DNA of 64,000 nucleotides from Amoebophrya sp. A120 (taxonomy: Eukaryota; Protista; Dinoflagellata), in contig CAJINV010000003.1 of NCBI GenBank assembly GCA_905178155.1, forward strand, positions 2,065,065 to 2,129,064, in the 5' to 3' direction. The translations under genes and the position numbers were made by a program. Position 1 is the first letter of the stretch; each line of letters begins with the position of its first letter. Positions 46,080 through 60,600 of the stretch are shown here, piece by piece. Below the pieces are notes generated by a model. The model saw only the letters and a program-made list of their open reading frames with translations, was not told the origin of the DNA and made no database searches.

Positions 46080-49000
46080 CTATTTCTCCGGTGCATCCTG
46101 CGCCACGAACTTCATCTTTTTGAGGTCCTCCGCAACCTTTCCCTTCTTAAATTGGTCGTTGAATTCCGTGAGGGCGGATAGTGTGTCACGCACAAGCTCC
46201 AAGTCCTGGGACAGGAATTGCGCGCCGCACATCGGGCACGGATCGTCGGCGGCCTTCGTAATCTCCGTGTACCGGGCCGGAAACCGGCACTTGGGGCAAA
46301 AAGAATAGTCCTCCCGTGTGACAAAAAGACCGGAGTAGATGCAGAGGGGCAGAATGTTCAAGCAGTGCGCGCACTCAATGGAGGAGCGCGGGATACTCGT
46401 TTCACAGTGCGGACACTCGGCGTGCGGAACAGTCTGCTGCCCGCCGTCCTCTGTGGGTATTTTCGGAAATTTAGTTTGATTTCAGCGGAAAAAATCATAC
46501 TTCTCATTTTAGTAAAAACTCAATAGAGATGAGTGATCCGGTAAGAAAGGTAAAACCTCCACGTATACAAGCACCAAGACCGACCACTCACGCAGCCAGA
46601 TTAAATGATTGAATACCGCTCCCTTGCTTCTTCCGCACAATCGTTTCGATTTTCCTTTTGTACTGTTCGCTGACCTGAGATCGGTGTTCCGGCCTCATCA
46701 GCATGACTGCGAAGGTGTAGGCGTCCTCCTTCAGATTGGCGCGCTGGCACTCGATCACCACACTGGTCAGGATGGGGACAATGTGCTCGGGGAACTGCTG
46801 TATGTTGTTGCCGACGCGCAGCAGCATCTGCGCGGCGTTCAGGTGGTCTCCCGATTTCACGATGCGCTTCACTATTACGTAACTGTGCAGTAGCACGAGT
46901 TTGCGGTACAAGTCGAGCGGAATCGGCAAACCCTGTGCGCCAAGGTCGCGAAAAGTAGAGAACATCAGGTCGTGTGCTACTCGGTAATTTCCGCTATCCT
47001 GTTCCTGCTTGGCAATTACCAATGCTGTTTTCGCCGCCTGGGTTGCAAACGATTGTTTGGTGGTTATCTTTCAAGTAGCACCTGACTGATTCTTGTCAAA
47101 TCTACGTCCCAGTATCAAAAACTTCAAAGTTCTTGCTGTTGCGCGGCAACAGCACTACATCAAATCTATCAAAATCAACCATCACAGTAAAGGCCACTTT
47201 CGTGCTTATCTATACTTGCTCGTAATTGCCGAGCGCCTTGTGAAGTTTGTAGACGTATTGTGGGTCTTTTGGCGCCACGGGTCCCAACCGCTGCGTGCTG
47301 TTGGCTGCCAGAGAGCTGTTGATAGCCGTATTGTCGCCCATCAAGTAGTCGATGAGGGCGTGCGTAAGCCTCTCCTGTCTGGCCTTGCCAACCACATCGA
47401 TGGCGGCAAGCAAATCAGGATCACTACCGTTCTTCAGGTACAGCCTGTTTGAAATTTTTGGTGAAGATCGATAGAACTAATTTTCTTTTTCATGCTCGCA
47501 GGATCCCGATAATAAATCATTCAACACATTGATGTTAATTTGAAGCAAAAATATCTCCTTCATCCTAGAGCTACACCTGAGCGCGGTCTCGACGCCGTCA
47601 GAGCAGTTGGCGTAGTGCTGAGCGGCTTTGCTCAGCAGGGAGCGGTTTTCGTAGTACTGCGCTATCTTCTTGTGGAATTCGTCGGCGATGGTCAGGTGAA
47701 TGGTGCTCAGCACCGTTTCGAAAGTTTCCATCTCGTCGTGCGTGCTCGCTAGCTGGAAGGCCTCCTCGCTGCTGTTGCCGATCAGCAAGAACTCGATCGC
47801 GCTGCGAATGTCCCCTCTTCTCCTGCAGTATTCGCTGATCAACTCGGCTCCCTGCTGTAGCCGCGTCTCCCGTACCTCAGAGTTAGAGGGCAAGTAAAAG
47901 TAGAAGTCAAACACGATCAGAGGGTCGTGAAGATTATTGCCACTTTCATCTTTTGCCAATCGCACTGTTGCTCTTCAATGCACTGACGTAAGTCAAAGTA
48001 TCTACGGCTACACAAAGAAAGAAGTACCAGCTGAAACGCCTCGCTTGGTCGCTCAAGGTGGTTGAGTAACAGGCGCACGACCGCTTCGTAGTCCTTGCCT
48101 CGCTCGTACGCATCGAGCGCTTCTTTGTACTGCCCCCGAGATTCCTTAGCTTTCCCATACTGCAGGAAAAGCTTCGGCGTTTGTATTTTTCCAAGCAAAG
48201 GCGTCGCAGCGTCGAAATTCATGTCTTGGATGTAGAGCATCCTGTATTAGTATTTTTGTGCACCACATAATTAGTTGATGTTGGGTCAACATCCTAGGCC
48301 GCAGAAGAAGAAAAGCAAACCATAAAGGAGACCACAAAATTCAAATCTTACGCTGCCTTCTCGTAGTTTTCTGCTTTTTCGTACATTTGCCCCGCCTCTA
48401 CGTTGTGCTTGATTGACTCCAAAAGCGCGCCGCACTCCTTGTATAGGTTCATATTTCCGACCTCACGCGCAAGCCGTATACCAGTCGCGATGTCGCCGGT
48501 TCCTGAGTTCGATGAATGGCTGCGTGCCATCATTGCATTAAAGCAGTTCTTGTTGAAAGCAAAAAAGAACCTCGTTCTTCCTATTGCTGTACGAAGATTC
48601 GAACAGCAGGCAGTAGCATCGCCAACAAAATGAATATGAGCCATCAAAGCCGTTGGTCGAAAAAAATTTTGTACGAAGCAATGTCCTGGCGAGACCCGAC
48701 TGCACTTCTTCGTTGTGTGCGTCGATTTTGGCGATAAGAAACGAGTCCCCGCCCTCGCTGTCCGGACGCAGCAAGCTCTGTTGGTAGTACTGCACCGCCC
48801 CTTGGTACTCGCCCTTTTGCTCGAGCTGGCGCGCGGTTCGGAAGTAGATGATCGGCAGCTTGTAGGGCGCATACGCTTCCGCCAGGGGAATAGCCTCGCT
48901 CCAGTTCATCAGATCCACTTGCATCAGCAGCGCATCCCCACCGAAAACACCCCCGTCGCGCAGCCATGTCTCCTGCGCTTGGCGAAACTGCCCGCTCAGC

Positions 49001-51931
49001 TGATAAATGTGACCTGATTATATCGTAGGTGGAAGAAACGCGCTTGCTGAAGTGCAGGTCGACTTGCGAACAAATTAGCAGACACGTATTACGTGGAACC
49101 AAACTACTACTACATTTTCAATGTCGATCAAAAATAACTTCAAGACTTCTGGTGTGTTGAACGTAGACAATGCAAGAATACCCGAAAGCTCCTGTTTGGA
49201 TTCTATCTCTGCCAGGTCTTGGAGGGTGAAAACCATTCCAGGTTCGGTCGCTAATCGCGCGTAGGCCTTCTGCGCTACCTCGACGTCTAGGTTTTCGAGC
49301 GCAAACCAGCCCAGCGCTTGCCAGTACTGCTTCTGCCGCAGCTGTGCTGCGTAATTGTAAGCGCTCTGTAGCCTGTTGAGGGCGAGGTTCTGGTAGAAGG
49401 ATTTCTCGAGCATTCCCTGGTCGAAAGGCACCTGGGGATGATAATGCGTGGCAGAGATTGATGGGGGCACTAGGCACTGGCACTGCAAAAAGTAGAAAAC
49501 TAGTGCGAAGAACGAAACTACGGCGAGCGAACATGAGGGAACTCTGCTCCTCGAACGACCATATCACTGTCAGCACATATCAACATAGAGATGAACAAAA
49601 CCACACACCGCGCACCAGTGAGTTGTGCGTTTTCAGTGGGAAGCTTTCCAGCGCTCCTGACGTGGACTGACAGATGACTCTGCCGTCGTAGAGCATCAGT
49701 AGGCGCACGTCGGAAGGCATTTGCATCGTCTCGGCCTCTGCTGATTTCGGTCTTATGGACGAGGAGGAGGAGGAGGACGCCGATGCGCCGGCGCCCGATG
49801 ACCCTCCCGACATCCCGCTGCTGAAGGAGTACTCTTCCGCGAGTTTCCGCACTAGGGTCCCGTCGCGGTGGTGTGACACGTAGTAGTAGACGTGTATGGT
49901 TTGCCCGTCGTGCGCCAGAAAGCAGTTTGGTTCCACGACATCCCAAAGCAACTGCTGCAGCTGCTGCGGAGCCGACGGGACCTGAACGCACTCATCGGAC
50001 ACCGGGCTGTACACCATCAGATTCCCTCCCGTGTCCAGCAGCGCGGCCCGCGTCCCGTTCGCGTTGGGATAGACCGCTTTGACCGCAATGTTGTGCTTGA
50101 ATTCGTTCACCTCCGCGTGGTCCTGCAGCGAATAGTGCACGACGGTGTTCGGCAGCGCGACGTAAATCAGAAAATCGGAGGCAATCATCGGGGCCAGTGC
50201 CTTCTTCTGAAATATCCTCGAGATGCTCTGTTCCTCGCCCGCACTTCCCCCCGCGCCCGCGACATTCGCATGATCAAAGCCGGAGCTACTACCGGGGAGT
50301 TTGTTCAGCGACACCTTTCCGTCGATCCAGATCGCCGCGTGCGTGCTGGACAGTGCGACGGCCTCGATCGTGCCGACCTGTTCCTGTTCCAAAACCTGGC
50401 GCCCGTCGGCCAAGGCGTAGAACCAGATGCGGTTGTTCATGCCGGCGCACACGTGACGGGGTCCCAGGGCGAGAAAGCTGGGTTCCACGGCGCAAGTGAC
50501 TTTACTACTTTTGCTCCCTTGTTGGAGCTCTCCCTGCGCGCCCGCGCTCTTGATCACGCTCTTGGCGCTGACCACGGTAATCTCCTTCAAACTGGAAAGG
50601 TAGCAGAGGCGGTCGCCGCACACGCTGGACAAACTGGTGAGTTTCGCGAGGTAGCAGTACAAGTAGCCATTGGACGTCGCGAACGTAAACAGCTGCCCAT
50701 CGTCGCTCCAGTGCAGCTGCGTCGTGCGGCCCTCGGGCTGGAACTGAATCCGCGAGCTCTTCTGCTCCCGCCAATTCCTGGCGTCCAAAAACCGGATCTC
50801 CCCATTTTCGCCGCACGCAGAGGCGACCTTCAGACCGTCCACACTGCCGGACAGCTGGTTTACGCTTGCGCCATGAAGCTTCACCTCTTCCTGTAGTGAT
50901 CATTTTGATGATGTCGATCACTACTTCGCAAGGAAACAGCACGTCGAACTACACATGTTTCCCTGTATAATCACTACGAAGTTGCCGATGTAGATGCGCG
51001 AGTTGTACCAACTCGTATGTACTCTGTAAGGTAAGGAACCAAGCAAGTAGAACTCTTCTACCTATACCTTGGCCTGGCCCCCGATACTTTCGAGCACGAA
51101 CACGTGGCCGGACGCGAACCCCACGATGGCTGTTGACCCGCACCAGACGTAGCTTGTTATCTGGCCGAACTTGTCGCTGAAGGTCTGCTCCTGTAGCTGC
51201 GACGTCTTCCAATTCAGTAGGACGAGGCTCTTTTTGTTCTGCAAAAACGAAACGTTTGTTTGCGCACCCCCGGACGAGCTGCTGGACGTACTGGACGTCG
51301 ACGCCGGCGAACAAAACTGCAGCTGCTCCGGCTCGGCGCGCACCTGCGTTTGTTCCAGCGAGTCCCCGTCTTCCTTGGAAATCGTCACATTCTTGTCTTC
51401 GGACCCCAAAGCGAGGATGTGACCACCCTGCCCCCCACCGGGACTGTTACCTTGCCCACCAGCGGCGCCAGAGATCGACGCCCACTGGCCCGACGTGATC
51501 TTCTTGCTGTGCTTCCCCAGGATGGTTTGCTTCTTCATCGTTCGCTTGTTGTACAGCAGCAGCCCGCCCTTGCCCGTGCCAATCGCGAGCGTGACTCCGG
51601 ACTTGCCCCAGGTCAAGAAACTCGGGTCGCGGGAACTCACCTCTAACACCTCGGTCCGCCGGGTGGCCACCGAGTACAGCAGGACAGCCGGCTCTCCCTG
51701 CTGCAAAATGGCAAGCAGCTCGCCATCCGGGTCCCATTCCAGGAAGGTGACCGACGCACCGAGGGCCTTCAATCCGATTTCCGCCACCACCTCGGACCCG
51801 GTGCGGTCAAACAGGAACACATTGCGCTGTCCCTCCCCGACAACCGCGACCAGGTTCCCGCTGGGCTGCCAGGCGAAGATCACACGACCCGACCCCAAAA
51901 ACTGGGGTCCGATCTGGAACAGCTGCTTCAT
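46080..51931 (-). CDS. IFT144: Intraflagellar transport protein 144 / WD repeat protein 19 (~10 exons, canonical introns)
   Basis: N-terminal WD40s (FAWQPSGNLVAV, LGKHSKKIT), TPR region (LALNRLQSAY, AGQMYEKAENYEKAA, LLHSYVIVK, HIVPILTSVVIECQRA) and a C-terminal Zn finger (CPHC..CAHC..CPKC..CPMC). The junctions checked are GT-AG. Confidence 0.93.
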
Positions 51932-53345
51932 TTCTCGTCGTTCCTAGATTGGAAACCACAACCGCTCGGGACGATCATGCGAGTCGTGCTGTCTCTTAGC
52001 TTCGTGAAAAAGCGCCCTTGGCCAACACACAACCCCTCCGACCGCACTTTCTGGCCATCATCGCGTCCGATCACCTGCCGTGGGGCCCCTCCGCCTCCAC
52101 GAGCAAGCCCGATGATCACGTTCAATTTCAATCGGGATCCCGGCGGCCGGCGGTATTCTTTAATTCCGTGCGAGTGCTTTTCGTTTTGTCTACCGGTCTC
52201 TCGCAGGTACGACAACGATTGATTCTCAAAAATAAAATAAAATAAAAGTACTGAAAAAAAACGCCGTAGCAGCATGTACAACCCGACAGAAAAAAAGAGA
52301 CCTCAGGAACAGTACAGGCTCCGTGTCTTCCTGCGAACCACAGGAAGCAAAGCAATCTCTCTGGTCATCATGCAGTTGGCCCTCACACTAGCACAGCAGC
52401 CCATCGCTCCTCTCTCTGAATTTTGATTGAATTCGTCGACATTAAAAATGGCAAAAAGTTTTTTTTAGATTTTTGAAGGACGAAAAAAATTCCGGACGCT
52501 GGTGCCAACACTATCTGTTGATGAAGCAACAATCCGACATGGCGCGGTGGATATCACGTCTACCGGTGCGGTTTTTTTTTTTTCCTTAGCGGTAAGTAGG
52601 CTTCTCCTTCAACAGTTCGAGGATATCGACGTTTGTTTTCGTAGGAAGGATATTCTAAAGGTGGCAGTTGCATTCGTTCAATAAGGTACAGTGAATTCAA
52701 ATCAAGTTGGCTCTCTCCCGATTCATCTTGTGCAGGCCCGACCTGCGGTACATTTTACAGTGCGAAACGGGAAACGAAAACCAAAATGAAAACAAGAAAG
52801 TATAAACTGAAACTAGTTAAGCTCACATTGGAAGTCTAGGGGTAGAAGACTTACCATTTATCATCTTCCGAGACACATGCGGAGGCTGGAGGGCAAACTT
52901 AGGCGAGGCACCATCCGTGGCAGATCTAGTCATACTTGTTGTTTCTTCTCGCTGCAATACGTTTCCGCTTCTCTAGACTAGTACGTACTTCCCTACCAAC
53001 TCACGCTACTAAATTCCTCTCTCAACCTCTGCGTCAAGGAAAAAGATCACATTAGAACTCTACTGTGCTGAATCAGAACGAAACCATTTCTTTGCTGTAA
53101 TCTCATTCGTAAAAACTGTATTGTGTATTCTAGGTTCACTTGCGCTGTCAAACTTTGGAATTAGATACGAAACATTTAGCTGAATTCTCTTCTTTATAGC
53201 GGAAAGAAACATTAGCAGTATCAAATGAAAACATAAGGTAAATTAACAATTGAGTATCCACCTTCTGGAGCATGCAATTCATTGTCATTGACATTCCTGT
53301 TGTCACGTACGACGTTTACATTCTTGCACTTCGTAACAACTTTTT

Positions 53346-56300
53346 TTACTCCGGATGATACTTCTCCAGCGGATCACCACTGGGGCGGTTGTCAATGCGG
53401 AGCAGCTGCCGCATGGTCAAATCGCGGGCATTCCGGATGTCCTTGTTAGTCAGCTCCTCATCCCGCAACGTCTTTTCCTGTGCCAACCGACTGTTAAAGT
53501 CATCCCCCGTCTTGGTCTTAACTGTCTCCCCGGGCGGTGCCTGGATGATTTTTTGTCGTCCGATACAAGAAATTTTCATTTCCAAGTAAGTTGCTTGGTG
53601 TCACGTCGATCACTACCTAAACTAGTACAAGGGCAAAGGCAACTACTCATCATCATGATCAACATCAGCATGCTAGCTTGTTGGTACAAAATAAACAGAG
53701 GACGCAAGAACCGTTGCTTCTACCTGTTCATCCAAGAACTTTCCGGAGTCGTAGGGCGCGAACACGGGCAGTGATATTGGTGGTTTTTCTCTCTTGACGA
53801 CGGGCTTTTTGTCGTCCATGAGACTGGCCTTGGTCTTGTTGACGTCCTGTGCCGTTCGGGCCGGGTCCTCCAAGGGATTGGCGCCCGCGGTCTCGAGGAT
53901 GGTGTCTTTCAACTGCGCTAACTTGGTCTTTGTCGCTTTGCTGGAGACGTCCTTCTGCGCCACCGCGACTTGAAACTTCCGCTTCGCTTGCTGCCGCTCG
54001 ATCCTAGAGTAGTGGTGCCGTTCCAATTCTTCGTACGAATTGAATCTACTAACGCTATGAGCATGCATGATCACTAAAGCTGTGAGGAGCAAAGCATCGT
54101 TGCAGTCAAAAAATAAAAGTGTAATCAATGGGGTCCTGGAATAGGTGGAGCCTGCCAAACAGTCGAATTCTACTTGTTCACGAAAACCGGTATGTATTCA
54201 AACCACAAGTGAAAGTTCATTTCCTATGTTTCACAGACAGGTAGTCAAACCGACACAACAACTTAAGTGGTCGCCAGTACGCGTGCTAAATCACAGAAAC
54301 ACTGAGTTGCTTTCATCGCACAACAGCATCGAAAGAAGCATTTCTTGATTCATCCGTACCTTGACTTCGGCAGAAAGTAGTTGTGGATTTGTTTTCGGCG
54401 CCACTTGTAGTGGTCCATCATCTGGAGTAATTTCTGCCTCGTCATCGCACCACGCCATCTTCGCTGCACTTTCATGATCAGATTCTTGGTTCTGCGGTAA
54501 TCCCGTCGCGTTTCGATACCACGCGTCCAACCTGGTTGTGGTCGCATGAAATTGAATGCCTGATTTTACTTGCGGTCTTCTCGTTCGTCCATGTGCCTTT
54601 GCAACGCGCTTCCACCAAGAGAAGATGAACAACAAACTAAGTATACACGTATGGACAAAAATTTTACCCTGCAGTTTCATGATTGCCCACATGACACGCG
54701 GTCTCGCACGACGGAGATGTTCTTGGACCACGGGGTCTAACCGTTCCAGCAAAAGCAGAATGTTGGACGCATCCAGAAAAAGATGCAATTGTCGGTTGCC
54801 TGAGATGATCTCATATTGGAGAAAATTTCAAAATTTACGCATAGATGTGCATACAGTCTGAAAGGAAAAAGATGAAACGAATCTTGTTCACTAGTCCCAC
54901 TGCGGATCTCGCAATAGTGAAAATGGATCTTTCAACTAGGTATCTATACCCTTGCAGTGCAGGAAAGTGAAGCAGTCGGTGCAGAGCAGTTCCTGCTCCT
55001 GTTCGTCGAAGACGGTAGCGCGCACGTTGCCGCACTGGTTGCACATTGGTGTCACAGAAACTTTTGTGATCGTGTGTTCCCTCCGGTGACCGTTGAAATG
55101 ACACTTCCAGAAGCACTGCAGACAGAAGTTGTCCCGGCAGAAGTCGCCTGATTGAAAGTTGATGCCGAGAGTCACAAATGCTCGCTCGTTTCATTTACTT
55201 ATAATGAAAAGGCTAAGTACGACCACACGACACACTGGACAGACAACGTACGTTTCAGCATCGGACAGGTCTTTCATATTCGACAGCATCAACAACAATG
55301 TACAACAAAGGAAACGCAGTACAATGGAAGGCTGCTGGATTGTCCTCGCACTCGTCGCAGGTGATGTTTTGTTCGATGATTTCACCGTCACTGACGGCAA
55401 CCAACATCGCCCGGTGATCTGACCGAAAACCCTTTTTGTGCATCGCCTCGAAGCATGTGAAGCAGAAGTAATCCTCGCAGTTGCCGCAAAACACTTGTGG
55501 CTTCTTCACGTTGCACGAAGAGCAGAAACTCCCCACCGCGGTGTAGCAGATGCTGTGGTCCTTCTTCGGCCCAACCGCGAATTTGTGCAGGTTGTCAAAG
55601 CAACCTTGGCAGTAGGACTGCAAGCACTGGTTGCATTTTATTGTTGCCTGGAGGACACCTGTTGTGACATGCATTTTCAGCACATGTTTAATGCGAAGAC
55701 TCTGACTCTTCACCATTCATCATAATCGTGGTACGAGAAAATGCAGAGACACAAAAGGAAAAGTGGAAGTGCGGCGCACAAAGAAGGCGAATCGATTAAA
55801 GTGGTCCTCGGTGAACAACCACAAAACAAATTATACCGCAGTCCTGGCAGGGAATTTGCAAATTGCGAAATTGCTGGTGGAACAAAATGTCGGGCTGGCA
55901 AAAGAACAGGCCGCTCACCGCGGGCTTCGTTCGGAATGCAAGAATGTCGATCCGACTGCGTTCCAGGACTTTCAAGTACCGCTGCGTCAAGGGGTGCTCC
56001 AACGTGTAGTAGTCGTTTTCCAAGTCGTGGAAGTACACGATGTTACTTTTACCTGTGATGGGAGAAACAAAATTCAAATTTAGCTGGCGCACATCTTCAA
56101 GTAGCGCTTTCTAATTCTAAGCAACATCCTAACTCTTCAAATTTTCACCATCAAGATGTAATGCAAAACATCAGCGAGAGTCGTAACCAAAAAGATGTAC
56201 TGATGATCATTTCCGCATTTGGTGGCATTGGGGCATTGCACATTTCCCGGGCGACCCATGTCAGTTCCGGTTCAAATTCAAGCTCGATGCCGAGATACTC

Positions 56301-56647
56301 GACAAAATCCATAACCTGTTTTCATGGACGTCATCCAAGGATTCCAAAAAAAAAAAATGTATAAAACTGAAAAAAAGCATTGCATGGCAGGCGCAATCGA
56401 TCTAGGAGTGATTATTTTATCTGACACTACAACATCCAACGCACAAAAAAAAGAACTCCTCAGTTTGTTATACCGTAAGTGCATATTCGCCCGCTGCGTT
56501 CGGTTTCATCTGCAAGACACGAGTTGACCGAGTCTCATCGAGAAACTCCTGCGTGGCCAGATCCAAGTTGGTGCCGGCGCTGGGACCTTGGTCCACGTCG
56601 AACTCGTGCTCGCTTTCATCTTCGCTATCGAAGTCGTGCTCGTCCAT
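53346..56647 (-). CDS. Protein with CEP164-like N-terminal helix/WW module and tandem B-box zinc fingers (multi-exon; 3' end uncertain)
   Basis: Spliced VMDFVEYLGIELEFEPELTWVAREMCNAPMPP...IVYFHDLENDYYTLEHPL. Several CxxC..CxxC..CxxCF..H...H B-boxes (55255..55716, 54936..55175). Confidence 0.7.
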
Positions 56648-57682
56648 CTTGTAGCACTACCCGCAGTCCTCAATGGAGGACGCACTACAAGAAGTTTCTC
56701 CGGACTGCTGGTGCGTTTCTCAACCCGCCGGCTGCTGCAGCTGATTCCCCCTGTACTCAGGCGAAATTTGCGCGTAATTTCAATGGCGGACTCATCTTGG
56801 AGAACCGCGAATGGAAGTTTGCTGCATTCGATCGAAAATTTATTAATATACTTTCACGGTCAATGCGAATACAGTCAGGGCATACGATTTTAGTTGTGCC
56901 GTAACCCTAAGCGTTTTGCAAGAGAAAATGAAGGCGAATGCCACGGAGATTCGAATGGGGAACGAATGCCCTCGACACACACACTGCAGTGGACGACCCG
57001 AGAAATTATGACTGAAGCGCGAGAAACTGATACGAGCACCGTCGATAACGATAGCGTACGAACCTGCGACATATTCGAAGTAGTATTTTGTTTAGTTGTT
57101 GTTCGAACATCAACGAGGTGGCGGAAAAGCCGTGGCCTCCGCTGCTGTGAAATCGTCTCACACTCCTCTCCTTCTCTCTCGAAAATTCAAATCATCGTAT
57201 CCTCGACACCTCTCTGTCTCTCATCTTGCCTCAGCGTGTGGGTCTCTTATACGCATCCGTCTGTGATCACTCTCTCTCTCACTCAAGCGAATTACGATTA
57301 TCTAAACGATGCTGTCTTCATGAAGCAGGGCAAGATGAACATTCTGTGTCATCAGTCGACGCGTTGAATGTATTTCATAGAGCGTCAGCAGAAAAATCAG
57401 TAGAGTGGGTGTAGCTTTCCATGTCGTAAAGAACGGGAAATACTTTGCGCGCTTCGGGATTGCGGGTCGTCCACACATTCATTTGTGTGAAAGCGAGGAT
57501 ATGATGATGTTGTTGTCGTGTGCATTTTGGAAAAGAGCCGAAATCTGATTTCTCACGTACTTGGGATCAAAATGGGGCTTCAACTTGTACGCTGTACTTG
57601 CAGCAGAGGTGTTCAACATGTATGGGCATGGTGTAAAGTAAGTATGAGACACTGTTTTTCCAGAGTCGCCAGGCTTAGCTCT

Positions 57683-60600
57683 CTACCTCTTTGCCCGGGA
57701 CTTGCCAGCCGCTGCCATTGTCTGCCGCCTTTTCTTCTTGTTACGTGCTCTGCGGACACTGCTGCTAGACTCCGACTCTTCCTCGGGAGGGTGAAAATCG
57801 TCCTTGCTATCTTCCTCCTCGCTGACACTGGAAGCCGCTGCGAATTGACCAAATCGATTTCTAGCTTGCTTTGGCCGCGCAGCTGGTGGCTTAATAGCTT
57901 CGTTTTGTTTCTGATTTCGATTGTGATCTACTTCTTCTACTACATTATTGTCTTTCTTGTTCAGGTGATTCGTTGAAGAAGAAGAACTGCTGGCGGCTCC
58001 GGCTTTCGACGAGGCTGCGGCAGCCTGTCGCGGTCGTTTGTTGCTGTTTGTGTTCGAGCTGGAACTCGGACCGGATGGAAGCATGTTGTACTTTATTGCG
58101 TCAACATGGCTTATCGTGTGTCGTGGTCGACGTTTGGTGTCTTTCTTGCCGTTTGTGTTAGTCGAACTGGAACTCGGACCGGCTGGCTGCACGTTGTAGT
58201 TATTTATTGCGTGGTCAACATTGGTGCTGGTGTGCGCCTGCGCGGCTGGAAGCTGCACAATATTACCACCTACTCCGATCATCATCGACTGGTTTATTGA
58301 TTTAGTATTTCCATAATGATAATTCGACAGAAGAGTATTATTTTCCTCCGCTGGCTCTTGCGGTTGTTCCTGCTTCAAGGGCACGGGCTTCTTGACGCTC
58401 ATGATTCCAGTACCGTACCCGAAAAGCTGGCCGCGGGGCCATTCGTTCGGATCGCAATACTCGTAGCCCCAGTTGTAGTGGGAGAGCCACGAGTAGTCGT
58501 ACTCCAGCCACGCTCCGGCGTATACGTTGCGGCAATTCGGTACGTGTTGCTCTAGGTAGGCCATCATTTTCTCCTGCAAGAGCAGCCCGACTCCCTTTTG
58601 CGTTGCAGACGAGGCAATGTACTTGACGATGGCCCAGCCGCGCGCGTTCGCATTTTTGTTTGCGCCACGGGTGCTCGACAGACTCACCCCCACTTGGCTA
58701 ACCTTGTTGTACATGTTCTGCGGAGCAGCGACCACCCGGCGGGAGGAAGAGGATGAGGAGGATGCTGACGCCCCGACAATATTCTGCTGCTGCTGCTGGG
58801 CCATGAACATCATCTCCTGCGGAACGAACGGATTGTACACACCCGGCGGCGGATGCGGAGGTGGATGCAGTAGTCCGGGGCCGTAGAGGCCGTTTTGACG
58901 ACTAGAGAAGGGGTCATCATCTTCATCCGAGTTCTTATCCTCATCGTCCACGATCATCTCCAGTTGTTGGTTCATCTGTTCCACCATCCTTCGTCGCTCG
59001 CGCTCCACGCCCAATTTGTCCCGATAGGTGCCTCGTTGGTCTGGATCCAGTAGCGTCTTGTACTCCTCTTCAAACCCATTTTCCTCCAACAGCTTGAACA
59101 TCTGCTCCTCGGAAATCGTTGTCGTCAGTTGCAACGGGGGCGGGTCTTCCGGAGGCTTGGAGTGCTTCAGGATGAGCGTCCCGACCAGCTGCGGAATGCG
59201 GGTGTCGTCCTCGTCGTCCTCGTCGCTTGTTACCGATGAAGAGGAACTACTAGTACCCTCCTGCGGCTGCTGCTCGGGCTGGTTTTGATGTTGTTTCCTG
59301 GTTTTGAATTCGAACGCACAGAAGACTTGGCAGCGGACGCCGGAATCCAGCATATCCGGCCCCGCGGGATCCAAGGCCAGATGCATTTGTTTGTTCACCA
59401 CCGAGCACGTCTTCCTGCTATCCGTGCGGTCCACGCTCGCCAAGCGTTCCAGGGCGGTGTGGGGTCCGGACAAGTATCCCGCACCCTTGAACTGGGCCAG
59501 CAGCCGCGCGGCGTAGGTGTGCGAATCATTCTTGTTCTGCGTCAGCAAAACAACGTTCTCCAGAAGGATCTGCTGCATCCACTGGCACCGTGTCATCTCG
59601 TTTATGGGGTTCATCGCGGCCTGGGGTTCATCTTCACGCTGAAGGTCTTGTTCAAGTCCCTCAAGATACTCCTCGTCACTTTCTTCGTTACCAACGCGAT
59701 GTAGGGTGCCTTGTTTTTCCGCGTCGCTCTGCTGGATGTATTCTTGGACCGCCTCTTCGTCATACGCTTTTGGGTCTTGCGCGATCTGTGCGCTTCTCTC
59801 GCGCGCCAACGCCCGATGCATTTCCTGCGCAAACGTTCTGTCTTTATTGGTCACGAGATACACCACCAAGTCCCGGGTAAGCTCCGTGGACGCGTAAAAG
59901 GTGGTAATAATATTGCTCCAAAAGCACAAGGTCCGCGCCCATTCCAGCAGGGGGGGAAGCGCGCCCAACAGTTTGTACAGGTCGTGTCTAATGTACTTCT
60001 CGAGCAGTCGCAAATCCACCCGCGCATGGGCCGTGAGCAGCAGGTACTGCAGCGCGAGCAACTGGTTTCTGTATGTGTTCAGATTCTCGCCGCCGTGCGT
60101 GTCCGGCAGAAAAATGCCGGGTTGCCCCGGGACGATGTCAGAATCCAGGTGCATGCTCGTTTTGTTCACCAGCCAAGCACTCCCCAAAAAAGGCCGCTGG
60201 TCGCTTGCCGAAGAGCAGAGCCCGCGAAGTTTATTTCCTTTTGAAGTTGCCAGGGACGAGGCGGCATTATCTCCGTGCTGCTGCTGCGTGGATGAAGAAC
60301 TCTTGATATCATTTTTATGCTCCTGCTCCGACCGAGGACCGCCGGCGAAACTACAATTATCTTCTGCCCCCGCTGCACCAAGCAGCCCGCCGCGCTTGTT
60401 TCTGCCGCCCGCAGACGGATTTGCGGCAACGGCGGCGAGGGTCATTCGCCGACTGCGTCCGGTGGTTCCACTCCCGCTCGCACCCCCTCCCCTTCGAGAA
60501 TGCTTGGTCGGCACCGGAGCAGCCGTCCACGGGTTGTAGAGAAGCTCGTCCTTCACGTCCTTGACGTAGCAGTTGAAAGCATCAGAAACCTGCTCCTGGA